From Lytechinus pictus (Eukaryota): a stretch of 64,000 bases of DNA. Shown here in pieces: positions 50,426 to 61,974 of this stretch. Below the pieces are notes generated by a model, which saw nothing but the letters and a program-made list of their open reading frames with translations, searched no databases and was not told the DNA's origin. The stretch is taken from positions 13,764,001-13,828,000 of the forward strand of contig NC_087257.1 in NCBI RefSeq assembly GCF_037042905.1, in the 5' to 3' direction. The position numbers and the translations under genes are program-made. Each line of letters opens with the position of its first letter. Position 1 is the first letter of the stretch.

Positions 50426-51800
50426 TTAAGAGAAAGCGATGCTTGATAATTTAGAACTATTATGAGGAATATGACAATAACAATGACAATAATGAGGATG
50501 GTATGATAACAACTATAAGTTAACATTTTAGTTTGATTCTTCCATAAAACCTCTGGCTGGGTTGATAAATCAAAGTATTAACAATAGTACAAAGAATGCT
50601 GATTTGAACTTTTGATGTGTAAATTATTAAGAGAGAACCAAAGCTCGAGTTTTGACTATATTTTATTTGTGTGGATGCACGAACAAAAAATATGCATGGA
50701 TGTAATAGTTTCTTTATTGTCATTACAAAAATACATAAATTATCTGTTACTAATTCAATTCGTAAAAAAAATTAAACTTTTCATATAAATTCACTATTTC
50801 GGTGGCCAGGGGGGGGGGGGGGGGGGGGCAACAGCCAACAATTTCACGGTCATATCATGGTATGAACAATATTTTTTTATGATTGTCCCCGAGCATTATG
50901 GAGAAGCCCAATGCGTGATAAGTAAAAAAAGAGGGGGCACAGCATAGCGCGCAGGGCAAAAATTCCCGGGCGAGCGAAGCGAGCGAGATAAAAAAAATCA
51001 CATTTTCATGAGAATCTAACTTTCAGATTGAGTTTGACATGGTATTAAGAAAATAACAGATTTTACATCTTCCTTTCCTTTCCTTTTCTCTCATGTTTTC
51101 TTTTTTGTTCTGGGTTTTATAACTTTTGGGGCAAGCGCTATGTGGATCGGGTCCGGGGCATTGGCGGCACTAGGATTTTTAACTTAGGGAGCATGGAGGG
51201 GGGGGGGGGCAAGACAAATATTTTGCCTATTTCACAAAATCGAGCGAGAAGCGCGAGCTATTTTTTTAAATGTAGACCCTCAGGCTGATTTGAAAAGGGG
51301 CCTGTTAAGGACTAGCAGTTTGTAGTGGGTAATGAAGATGATATCTTACCAAATAAATAATGAGATGATAACTGGGCGATCTAAGCACTTTTTTGTAATC
51401 ATGAACTGGATGGCTATCTATTTACACAATTGATGCGAGCGCGTAGCGTGAGCTGAAAACTTTTGATTTATGAAAATTATGAATACGCAGGGTGTGTATC
51501 TCGCTAAAAAGAATAATAAAAACTTTAATCGAGAGAGGCATATTGACTTGAACAATATATTTTTCAATTCAATTCAATTTGCATTTATTTCATTCTCGAT
51601 AAAAACAACTATAAAGCAAGGTATGAGAAACAATATATTTACAAGCAAGAGTAAACAATGAAAATAAAATGGGGAACTGCATAAATAAAGCCAAGTGGCC
51701 TTATGTAAGCGCAGTTCCCAGAACATTGATAACATGACATGGCATAGAGAAACAATAAGATAAAGAATTTTAAACATGATATATAAACAACAAACAAAAA

Positions 51801-52059
51801 TGTTATGATTGGGAAATCATAGTAATACTAAAGTGGAAGGACTTTAGATGATTTCTGTGAAACTTCTTTGTGTGAGACATCACAAGATGATGACTCAGGT
51901 AACCACACATTCCAATGAGATGAAGTACTCTGTACTACACTCTCTATCCATGCTAAAATGAAAGTTAATTGTACAAATGAATTTAGTTCCAATAAAGTAG
52001 TCAAACTATACACACGTGTCTCTCAAGCCTCCTAAATATTGTGTAACTGGAACTCTACA
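51801..52059 (+). repeat. 5' LTR (259 bp)
   Basis: TGTTATGATT...AACTCTACA; identical by eye to 56712-56970; contains TGACTCA (51891) and AATAAA (51991). Confidence 0.97.
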
Positions 52060-52072
52060 TGGTGTCAGAAGT
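52060..52072 (+). other. Primer-binding site, probably tRNA-Leu
   Basis: TGGTGTCAGAAGT directly after the 5' LTR, complementary to a tRNA 3' end ...ACUUCUGACACCA as found in animal tRNA-Leu. Confidence 0.8.
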
Positions 52073-52099
52073 TAAAAAACTGACTGTTATCTAGTGAAA

Positions 52100-55000
52100 A
52101 TGGATGGCATGCGACCACCAGAAGCCTTTTCTCTACAGGGCAACATCACAGATAACTGGAAGAGGTGGAAACAGCGTTTTGAGCTGTATTTAACAGCTAG
52201 TGGACTTGACAAAAAGGACTCAAAAGTACAAACAGCGACACTGCTTCACATTATTGGTGAAGAGGCGTTAGAAATTTACAACACATTTTCTTTCGAGCAG
52301 GTAATTTCATCGTCAGGACAACCTGTAGCACCGACATTAAAAGACTTGCTGGAGAAATTCACTGTACATTTTGAGCCACAGTCCAACGTGACTTTTGAGA
52401 GACATGTATTCAACACAAGATTTCAACACGAAAACGAGTCATTTGACCAGTTCGTCACAGACTTGAAGAAAAAAGCTAAATCATGTGAGTTTGAGCATCT
52501 TCGAGACAGTCTGACAAAAGACAGAATTGTTGTTGGAATTCGTGATGATGGTACCAGAGCACGACTACTCAGAGAAAAAGACTTGTCTTTGGAGAAAGCA
52601 ATAGACATTTGCAAGGCAACTGAGATAACGTCACAACATATTGCAGAGCTGAAGCCCAAACAGAACATTCATGCAATGCAGGCGACATCGATGAATAGGA
52701 AGACATGCCCGAAGTGTGGAAATAAGCATCCACCCAGAAAATGCCCTGCATATGGCAAAGAATGCCATACCTGCAAAAAGAAAAACCATTTCAGCTCCAT
52801 GTGTAGAGATCAGGATCGAGATAATGACAGAGACCGATTATCAAGGAAGGTTCCATTTGGAGGACAAACTCGCAACAAAAAGGGTCATCGCCCCAGCAAA
52901 AGAGGGATCCATGACATCAAACAGGACAGTGAATACAGTGATGCCGACAGTGAAGAGTTCCACGTCGACGCCATCAATGGAGTCCAGCAGAAAGAGGAGA
53001 AATCGAAAAAAGAATGGTATGTCAATCTCACATTTCTTTCTGACAAAAACAGGCATAAAGAAAAAGCAACAACCAACAGTGCTCAATTCAAAATTGATAC
53101 AGGTGCTCAATGCAATATACTGGCTGCTAAGGCTTATAAAAAGCTAGGGATGCCAAAATTTGGCAAGTCAAAAGCAAGATTGATGTCATATACAGAACAC
53201 GTTGAAAAATCACATTTGGGAAAATGTACCCTAACATGTGTGAGGAAGAACAAATTCCATAACATTGAGTTTGAGGTGATTGATAGAGATGCCCAATCCA
53301 TACTTGGACTTGAGTCATCTGAATTACTAGGTTTTGTAAAGAGGGCAGATTCAATCAAAGATGATAATTTGGCAAATCAATACACAGACGTGTTTGAAGG
53401 CCTTGGATGTATGGGGGAACCACAGCATTTAGATGTTGATAAATCAATCAGTCCAACAATCCATCCTCCAAGGAAAGTCCCAGTAGCAATAAAACAAGGT
53501 GTGAAAAATGAGCTCAATAGAATGGAAGAAATGGGTGTGATAGTAAAGCAAACAGAACCAACACAGTGGGTAAGTTCGATGGTCACAGTAGCAAAGAAAG
53601 GGAAAAATAAGGTAAGAATATGCCTAGACCCTAGGGACTTAAATAAAGCAATAAAAAGACCACACTACCCGATGAAGACAATTGATGACATTACTGATAA
53701 TCTAGCCGGCGCACAGATCTTTAGTACATTAGATGCTAATTGCGGTTTCTGGCAGATTCCTCTTGATGACGAGAGTTCAAAACTTCTCACATTTAATACG
53801 CCCTACGGCAGATATAGATTTCTTAGATTACCATTTGGAATCAACTCTGCTAGTGAGATATTTCAGAGAATTATGACCGATATGTTTAGCGACATAGAAG
53901 GTGTAGAGGTTCTGGTAGATGACATTCTAATATATGGCCCCTCAGAAAGTGTCCATGATCAAAGGTTGAAGCAAGTACTAGAAAGGTGCAGAAAAAAATG
54001 CATCAAACTCAACCCAGACAAATGCCATATCAGGCAAACACAGGTCACATACATGGGACACATAGTATCTACAGAAGGACTAAAACCAGACCCAAAGAAA
54101 ATAGAGGCAATCACAAAGATGCCTACCCCACAGAGTAAAAAGGGTGTTCAACAATTCCTAGGAATGGTAAACTACTTAGGCAAGTTTATCCCTAACTTGA
54201 CAGAGAAATCAGCACCAATTAGAGTACTACTAGAAAAAGATGTGGCATGGCACTGGGATGACAAAAAAGAAGCAAGTTTCAAAGCGCTTAAAGAAGCGGT
54301 AACAAATGCTCCAGTGTTAAAGTACTACGATGTAAGTAAACCAGTCAAGTTAAGCGTAGATGCATCGCAAGCAGGCACGGGCGCAGTCCTACTACAAAAT
54401 GGACATCCAGTGGCATATGCGTCAAAAGCATTTACCGATGCTCAGACACGATATGCCCAAATTGAGAAGGAGCTAGCCGCGATTGTATTTGGTTGTAAGA
54501 AATTTCACCAATATATATTTGGACGCACAGTGGATGTAGAAACGGATCATAAACCACTTGAAACGATATTCAAGAAACCACTGCATGCTTCCCCACCGCG
54601 ACTCCAAAAAATGCTCCTCAATCTGCAAAACTATGATCTGCGCGTAACATATGAAAAGGGCGTCAACCTTTTCATATCCGACTGCCTCAGTAGAAATTTC
54701 CTAGCCAATCAAAGTGATGATGTTGATGTGGAAGAGATACCCATATGCATCATTGACAAACTTCCCATCGCAGACGAACGAATGAAAGAAATAAAAGATG
54801 AAACTAAAAAGGATGAAATGCTACAAAAGCTCCGTAAAGCAATCCTAACTGGATGGCCAAATGAAAAAAGGGAAGTCAGTGAAGAAATTCGACAATATTG
54901 GGAGTATAGAGAACTACTTACAGTAGAAGATGAATTAATATGCAAAGATGCGCGAGTGATAATACCAAAATCACTTAGAAAAAAGATGATCGGAAAAGTA

Positions 55001-56059
55001 CATTGTCATGCACACCAAGGAATAGAAAAGACTAAGAAATTAGCGCGAGACATCATGTACTGGCCCGCCATGTCAGCACAAATTGCAGACATAGTTGCTT
55101 CATGTGAAATATGCAACACATATAAGCAAAACAATGCAAATGAACCAATGATTGGTCACACAAAACCAGACCAACCATGGCAAAAAGTAGGCTCAGATAT
55201 CTTGGAATTAAATGGAAAGTACCATTTAATACTGGTAGACTATTACTCTAGTTTCTTTGAACTTTGCGAACTAAAAAACATGACAACATCAACAGTCATA
55301 AAGCACTGCAAAGAGCATTTTGCTAGATACGGGATACCGAACGAATTCGTATCAGATAATGGACCATGTTATGCTTCGAGCGAATTTAAGAAATTCAGCC
55401 AGGAGTATAAATTCAAACATGTAACTAGCTCCCCTGGATATCCCAAATCCAATGGGAAAGCTGAAAGCGCTGTCAAAATAGCAAAAAATTTGCTGCGCAA
55501 ATCTAGCGATATACATCTAGCACTGCTACAATATCGCAACACACCTCTGGAAGGTTTAGACGCTTCTCCTGCCCAACTACTAATGGGACGAAGGACGAGA
55601 ACACCCCTTCCAACAAACAAGAGGTTATTAAAACCTAAAACGCAACAGAACATTAACACAAAGCTCAAGAAACAACAAGAGAAACAGAAAATGTTCTATG
55701 ACAAAACAACACATTCTCTCCCCAACCTGGTTATTGGAGATGTTGTTAGGATGCGAAGTACAAGAAATCCTAAAATTTGGCAAAAAGCAATCGTTGTGAG
55801 GATTTGTAAAGAGCCACGCTCATACATTGTACAAGCTGAAGGCGTAGACTACCGTCGAAATCGTAAAGATCTCAACAAAACAAAAGAAAGTCTGAATCCA
55901 TTACATCAAAATGATGAATACAATAATCAGACTCAAACTTCTCATGACAACCCACCAAATACCCCTCAAAACACATCTCAACGCACAACCCAGCCGAAAC
56001 AAGGTTACACTACCAAATATGGCAGACATATCAAACCACCAGAGAGATATGGGACATAA
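52100..56059 (+). CDS. gag-pol: Gag-Pol polyprotein (1319 aa from the ATG at 52100)
   Basis: Tandem Zn knuckles CPKCGNKHPPRKC and CHTCKKKNHFSSMC (Mag-type); protease IDTGA; RT LPFG and VLVDDIL; RNase H DAS, YAQIEKE, TDHKPL; integrase HHCC, GSD, SDNGP, SNGKAESAV. No stops. Confidence 0.97.
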   Translation: MDGMRPPEAFSLQGNITDNWKRWKQRFELYLTASGLDKKDSKVQTATLLHIIGEEALEIYNTFSFEQVISSSGQPVAPTLKDLLEKFTVHFEPQSNVTFERHVFNTRFQHENESFDQFVTDLKKKAKSCEFEHLRDSLTKDRIVVGIRDDGTRARLLREKDLSLEKAIDICKATEITSQHIAELKPKQNIHAMQATSMNRKTCPKCGNKHPPRKCPAYGKECHTCKKKNHFSSMCRDQDRDNDRDRLSRKVPFGGQTRNKKGHRPSKRGIHDIKQDSEYSDADSEEFHVDAINGVQQKEEKSKKEWYVNLTFLSDKNRHKEKATTNSAQFKIDTGAQCNILAAKAYKKLGMPKFGKSKARLMSYTEHVEKSHLGKCTLTCVRKNKFHNIEFEVIDRDAQSILGLESSELLGFVKRADSIKDDNLANQYTDVFEGLGCMGEPQHLDVDKSISPTIHPPRKVPVAIKQGVKNELNRMEEMGVIVKQTEPTQWVSSMVTVAKKGKNKVRICLDPRDLNKAIKRPHYPMKTIDDITDNLAGAQIFSTLDANCGFWQIPLDDESSKLLTFNTPYGRYRFLRLPFGINSASEIFQRIMTDMFSDIEGVEVLVDDILIYGPSESVHDQRLKQVLERCRKKCIKLNPDKCHIRQTQVTYMGHIVSTEGLKPDPKKIEAITKMPTPQSKKGVQQFLGMVNYLGKFIPNLTEKSAPIRVLLEKDVAWHWDDKKEASFKALKEAVTNAPVLKYYDVSKPVKLSVDASQAGTGAVLLQNGHPVAYASKAFTDAQTRYAQIEKELAAIVFGCKKFHQYIFGRTVDVETDHKPLETIFKKPLHASPPRLQKMLLNLQNYDLRVTYEKGVNLFISDCLSRNFLANQSDDVDVEEIPICIIDKLPIADERMKEIKDETKKDEMLQKLRKAILTGWPNEKREVSEEIRQYWEYRELLTVEDELICKDARVIIPKSLRKKMIGKVHCHAHQGIEKTKKLARDIMYWPAMSAQIADIVASCEICNTYKQNNANEPMIGHTKPDQPWQKVGSDILELNGKYHLILVDYYSSFFELCELKNMTTSTVIKHCKEHFARYGIPNEFVSDNGPCYASSEFKKFSQEYKFKHVTSSPGYPKSNGKAESAVKIAKNLLRKSSDIHLALLQYRNTPLEGLDASPAQLLMGRRTRTPLPTNKRLLKPKTQQNINTKLKKQQEKQKMFYDKTTHSLPNLVIGDVVRMRSTRNPKIWQKAIVVRICKEPRSYIVQAEGVDYRRNRKDLNKTKESLNPLHQNDEYNNQTQTSHDNPPNTPQNTSQRTTQPKQGYTTKYGRHIKPPERYGT

Positions 56060-56711
56060 ACTAAAAAAAAAAAAAAAAAAAAAAAAAAAACATGAAGAGA
56101 GAAGGGAAAGTAAAGTGATTAAAATCATTCAATGAAAGTTTAAGTTCTGCCTGACCCAGCCAAGTTGAGCATTGTTTACTTTGCAGTTCTTAATATTTTA
56201 TGTAATGTAGTATTAGACTATTATTATTTTGTTTCTTAGTTTGGAAATTATTTTGTTGTAAAAATAATGCCTAAATATGTCTGGAAGGAAGTCTGAGTAT
56301 GAGATATTATTATTATCTGAATAGTTTAAATGGACACTGAATTCAGCCATGAAGAACCCTATGGACGATATACAGAAGTTGAAGAAATTTGAACAATAAT
56401 TATTAAGAAGAATAAATTGGACACTGATTAACAAACTTCATCTCAGGATAAATGTATGCATGTTTATGTTTTACCAATGCTATGTTTATATGATTCTTTG
56501 TATTATTATATTGAAGAATAATCTTTTATTGTATGCTCTTTTATTCATCTTGAGTGTACAATCATACAAAATCAAATTTGTTGAAATGAAATGAAATGTT
56601 AATAATCACAGCATCAAATTTCTTTGAAGAAGATTCAACAAATCGTTTCTAAAAACCTTATTGATAATTCTGAATTTTTTAGTTGTGAAAATTCATAACT
56701 GAAAAGGGGGA

Positions 56712-56970
56712 TGTTATGATTGGGAAATCATAGTAATACTAAAGTGGAAGGACTTTAGATGATTTCTGTGAAACTTCTTTGTGTGAGACATCACAAGATG
56801 ATGACTCAGGTAACCACACATTCCAATGAGATGAAGTACTCTGTACTACACTCTCTATCCATGCTAAAATGAAAGTTAATTGTACAAATGAATTTAGTTC
56901 CAATAAAGTAGTCAAACTATACACACGTGTCTCTCAAGCCTCCTAAATATTGTGTAACTGGAACTCTACA
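56712..56970 (+). repeat. 3' LTR (259 bp)
   Basis: Preceded by the polypurine tract GAAAAGGGGGA (56701-56711) and followed by TSD AAAAA. Confidence 0.97.
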
Positions 56971-58912
56971 AAAAACACAAACAGAAAAACCAACAAAAAA
57001 GGTGTCAATCTAGAAGAAAAAAATAACTACATATATTTAAGATATAGGAACTGCTTCAATCTTTCTTGAATGACCTAACAGACTTGCTTTCAATTACATC
57101 TCTAGGGGTGGTGTTCCAAAAGCCTCATGTGAGCAAATAATTTTCTTATCTCAGTCAACATTTACTGCGAGCGCGTAGCGCGAGCGAAATTTTGAATTTT
57201 ATATTATGACATGAAAGATTTGTGTAAGTGAAAAAAAATGTTGGGAGCTAACAGTGAATGGATGAGAAAATTTTCAAAGTGTAAAGAACGAAAATGTTGT
57301 TTTGGAGCATTTTGCAGTTTTAGTAGGATACCTATGACAACATTTACTATACATTTGTTGATGTTTCAAAATTTCGGGGGGGGGGGTGCAATGGGGCAAA
57401 TGCCCCGTGGTTGCCGCTACTGGTGTGGGGCGGAGCCCCCGGAACGTCGTGATGTTTTTAAACATTGCAGATGGCCACTTTTTTTTATCAAATCACGGGT
57501 ACATGCACAACACATTAACAAAATCGCAGAACCGAGCCACAAAATTTTGGCCTTTTAAAATGATTTTGAAAATAAATTCATATTATGTGATAGCATACCT
57601 TTGGAAATTTAGCATGAAGAGTTTTTTTTGCGATAAATCTAGCAAGCATGAAGCTTTACTTAGGTTAGGACATGATATAGGAGGATATCACTAACCCTTG
57701 GCTGAGGATATTACTAACCCTTGGCTAAGGATTTTTTGTCCTGATTGCGACCATTATTGCATAAAATTCAGCAAGCTTAATGTAATAGACGCCATCCACC
57801 TTTCTTCCAGTTCTTTATATTTTTCAATCCTCGGCAGCCCGGTCGTGTTCTTAGGTTCTTTTCCTTTTTTTCTTGTACCTTTTCTTCATGTTCTCATTTT
57901 CCAATTTTGTTTTTGCTCTACTATCATTTCCCTTTTATTTTTGCCTCGGGTCATATCTTTTATTTTATATCTCTCTCTTGATAATCATGCTAATTAATTA
58001 GTATTTCAGGATATTTTGTACTTCCTCACAGTCATGTTCTTCTTTCCTTCCTTTTCCCGCTTTACTTCAATCTTCTCTATTTATGTTCTTTCCCTTTCTT
58101 TTCATTTTCCCTTTTCCCTTTCCTCTTTTTTTCCTTCCCTTTCCTTGCATAGGCAATGCCATTGAAGAAAATTACTTGTATATACATTGTATTTGCGTTG
58201 AAAGATTTGAAACATTTCACATATTATTATTATTTTTTTATAATGTCAAAGGACTTGACATGAAACATCGTCAACAAATATAACGAGTAGGCCTATAGGT
58301 TTATTCTTTAACGACGTTATCAATTCCCTAAGGATGTGGGTGAAGGAGAAATCGTGAACCCTTTCCGGTTTTGGTCCCAACTTCAGTGTTTCAAGTTCAA
58401 TGAAATTCTTTTTAATTTTTCCCTACAAAGCGCCTCCCCTGTGTGGTGGAGCCACTGCAAAAAAAATTAATAAATGAATAAAATTTAAAAAAATGTTGAA
58501 ACAATAGTAAATTTAGTGTTCCGATCATATCCAAGAGTATACAATGGAACCAATCCCGAGTATTAACACCCCTGCAATCGAAGATCAATAGTTTCATATT
58601 ATTCAAGGTAGGACTAAACAATCATATCGTAACATACTTCGAGATATCTGATTGTGTATCAACACTCCACGCCAGACAAACGTAATTAAATACATCAGAT
58701 CCAGCTTCAAGCTTAATACGAAAAGAGCGATTGCTTGTACTGAACTTCGCGTTCCAAGTAAAAAGTAAGAGAGGATGGCCAGTGCTGCACTCGTAGAAAC
58801 AGACAAGAACACCTGTGGTTTCTCAAACATCGCACCTTGAAATGAATACTTTGTACACTCCTAGTCGTATACTTTTCGAAGCTACCTTGCAAAATTTAGA
58901 GGCCAGAAAATG

Positions 58913-58919
58913 TATAAAT
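58913..58919 (+). promoter_or_regulatory. TATA box, SMB gene copy B
   Basis: TATAAAT 116 nt upstream of the ATG, conserved in copy A. Confidence 0.6.
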
Positions 58920-59028
58920 TGAGGGCTGGTGGAGCTGGGAAATTCATAGTCAGCGTCGTTTGGGATACTGGCAACAAGCAACAATACATCTTACAGAGCT
59001 CTGAGCTGATAGCATCATCATCGTCATA

Positions 59029-61974
59029 ATGGAAAGCAGAACAATTCTAGCCGTGCTCGTTGCCATCTCGGTTCTTGCTGTTTGTGCCGCCCAGGCTCGT
59101 AAGTATAGGCCCTATAGATTCCCCCCACCTCTTGAGGGTTGCTGAGAAGCTTAAAAGAGCAATGTTCACGAGTTTTACTCTTGGAGGAGAATATCAGGGA
59201 CACCTTGTATTATCGTCAAATAAGGATGCTTCGTTGCTTACCAAAGATGCTTTGAGATTTCCACTTTAATGCCATAATTATTGCAGGTGAAAAGGTTAAC
59301 AGGGTTATTTTAATTTTAAGTAACTATGGAAAAGTAATCAGTTAATTATTGTTTTTTGTTTTATAATACGTAATGGGCAATTTTTTAGGAGTTCGTGGCA
59401 GCCTACAGCTTTTCCTGATAAATGTCTTTAATGAAAAGTTGAATTCCTAGTAAAAGCGTAAGAAAGAGACTCACTATTGTAAAACTTTTTGTGACTTGAA
59501 GTGGCATTGTCCATGAATCTCATCTTTTCGGTTTTACAATTGTGCAGCAAATGGATTTCGGCCTAGACCGGGACCAAGACCGAGGCCAGAAAACGGCACC
59601 AGTCCTGGACCACGACCGAGACCAGAAAACGGCACCAGTCCAGGACCACGACCGAGACCAGAAAACGGCACCAGTCCTGGACCACGACCGAGACCGGGAA
59701 ACGGCGGAGGAAACCACTCTCAACCTATCAACGGTCCCAGACCAGGCAACCACTCCCAACCTATCAACGGCACCAGACCGGGCAACGGCACTGGCAACTA
59801 TTCAAGGGACGGTCATATCGTAAAGCGCCAGATATTTTTCTCTACCTTATCACCCCCATCGGGAAATGGATCTGGAAATCACTCACACCCTCCTCCTCCT
59901 CCTCCTCCCCCAACACCAAGCAACAGTTCTGCTCCACCACCACCACCACCACCACCACCACACAACAGCACAGCTCCCCCTCCACCAACCAACAGTTCTC
60001 TCGCTCCCCCACCCTCAAACAAGAGCCTTCCCCCTCCCCCACCATACAACAGCTCTTTCGCGCCCCCACCCTCGTACAACAGCACCACCCCTCCTCCACC
60101 ATTAAACAGTTCTTTCGCTCCTCCTCCCCCGTCCAATAGCTCTGCCCCTCCCCCTACATCAGGAACCAACAGCCCATCGCATCCCCCACCTCCCAGTAGC
60201 TCTCCTTCAGGTGAGTGAACTGTATAATCTTATTTCATACAACATTATTTATCACGGCATATACCACTTCTATATTGACAAGAATAAAGTAAAAGTCGGG
60301 CGTTGGTGTAGCTAAGGCGGTAGACGAGTCGTCATAAATCTTGGAGCATTTCACGAAATAAATTTTCAGCGATTTTCCTTGACGACTATTATGAGCTTCT
60401 GAATTCACTGGATCTGAATGGACCAGAAAAATGATGAAAATTACAGACTTTTTGCATAATGAATCACTCGTTCGGGCTTCAACCCAAGACGATATTATTT
60501 GTTTGTAATATTTTGTAATAGAATGTAGTATTACATAAAAAAGAGAGTTATTTGAGTTTTCGCATTTTACCCCTTTATTCTATGCGCTATATTGCATTTC
60601 AAGATTTATTTTCTTTTTGTAAATGCAATGAATTACCACGTCATTATCATTTTCACCAAGGTATAACGAATGATAAAGCATAATAACAATCAGTCGTGTT
60701 TCATTATTTAAATTTCCTAAGTACATGAAGTATGGAGTAGAATAAAGTAAGAACATACGTTGATATGGTTAGAAAGAATAATGATGGGACCTACAATGCT
60801 GGAATACGCAGTTACTGCTCAAGAAGTGTCGCGAAACGTATACCAAGAACAAATAAGCCGGATTTTGTTTTCTACATTCTTATTTCAATAAATTCTTATT
60901 CAGAAGTTAAGAGCTTGTAAAAGAGATAGGTTATGCTAACACGTAATAAACTGATATTTCACTTGCGCTCTTACTCTTTACTTGGAGGATAGGGCTATCC
61001 ATTTGTTCGTAAAATTATTGGTGAGTTTCTAAGCACCTTTACAAAACGGCCCCTCTCCACTTTGTAAGATGTAGACCCTTTCACTCTGTGTCATGTCGTG
61101 TGCTCTTCTTCACATTTTTGTTCACATTACAGGCCGATCGTGTAGGGGAAGATGTGGTAACTATAATGGTTCCAGACAGTGCCAATGCGACAATCAATGC
61201 AGGATGTACAGAGACTGTTGCCGTGATTTAGAGTCTGAGTGCCAGGTGAGACGAATAATATTTGCGATTTTGTAGACGTATGTGTCGGCTAATATAGACC
61301 TTGTGCAGTGACGTCATCACGCCGCCATCTTTAAAGGCTGAAGTCATTGCCTTGCATGTTTTGTTGATCTGCAGCTGGCGTAGCTCTGAAGGAGGGCGCT
61401 GTGATCTTATGACGTTATATGCGTAATGTCTATTCAAAACTCCGGTTATCCTTTATTTTTAGTGCCACTTGCTTTTCCGTGTTTTAGATATTTCGTATTT
61501 TTCTGTAACATGTCAAATGACATGATAATACAAAAAATAAATCGTAAATAGAGAACATATCTTACCCAAAATAAGTTTTGCACACATGTATGCTAAACAA
61601 TACGAACAGGATTGTTGGGCAAATTTGACCAATCATAATTCGATGTTCCGGAACAATGATTGCATAATTGTATGGTGAATATTCATTAAATCATCAGATA
61701 AAAGATGAAAGAGAATCGAAATCGGCGTTGAGAAGTTAAATTCATTGCATCTCAAGGAATGATAGAAATACAGTGATTACTATGCATTTGTACAAATCAA
61801 TAGTTTACGCTTACTATTCCAAAATTATTCTTATTCCTATCTTTAACATTTTCTAGTGGACTCAACCTTTAAATGCAAATGTAAAATCTCATTTTTACCT
61901 TTCATCATATGAAAACTTATCTTCCACTTTTTGCATTTGGGTTTTTTTCTCTATTTATTCAGAACCGGAACTAG
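59029..61974 (+). CDS. Secreted Pro-rich, N-glycosylated somatomedin-B-domain protein, copy B, 285 aa: join(59029..59098,59548..60210,61133..61245,61963..61974)
   Basis: Same exon structure as copy A, offset ~16.8 kb. Differs by 8 substitutions (K5T, D>G, T>I, P>S and 4 silent) plus 3 extra Pro codons; the frame is intact. Confidence 0.85.

Larger units (their letters stand above)
51801..56970 (+). mobile_element. Full-length Ty3/Gypsy LTR retrotransposon, Mag/SURL-like, 5170 bp
   Basis: TG..CA LTRs at 51801-52059 and 56712-56970, 5-bp TSD AAAAA, PBS at 52060, PPT at 56701, single gag-pol ORF with order PR-RT-RH-IN. Confidence 0.97.
51563..57129 (-). mobile_element. 5'-truncated LINE (CR1/L2-type) 3' end, split by the Gypsy element
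   Basis: The minus strand near 57129-57040 reads LWNTTPRDVIESKSVRSFKK, resembling a CR1/L2 ORF2 C-terminus; 3' UTR hairpin GGGAACTGC..GCAGTTCCC (~51672-51719); (ATTGA)n tail at 51563-51580. Confidence 0.7.
51159..57422. mobile_element. hAT-like non-autonomous DNA element with GCGAAGC-hairpin repeats, hosting the LINE and Gypsy insertions
   Basis: Termini CATTGGCGGCA / TGCCGCTACTG; degenerate 8-bp TSD GTCCGGGG/GTGTGGGG; GCGAGCGCGTAGCGYGAGC motif on both sides of the nested inserts (51435, 57167). Confidence 0.6.

Noticed and set aside
51828-52013. Duplicated 61-aa minus-strand ORF (also 56739-56924)
   Set aside because: Incidental frame within the identical LTRs, with no protein features.
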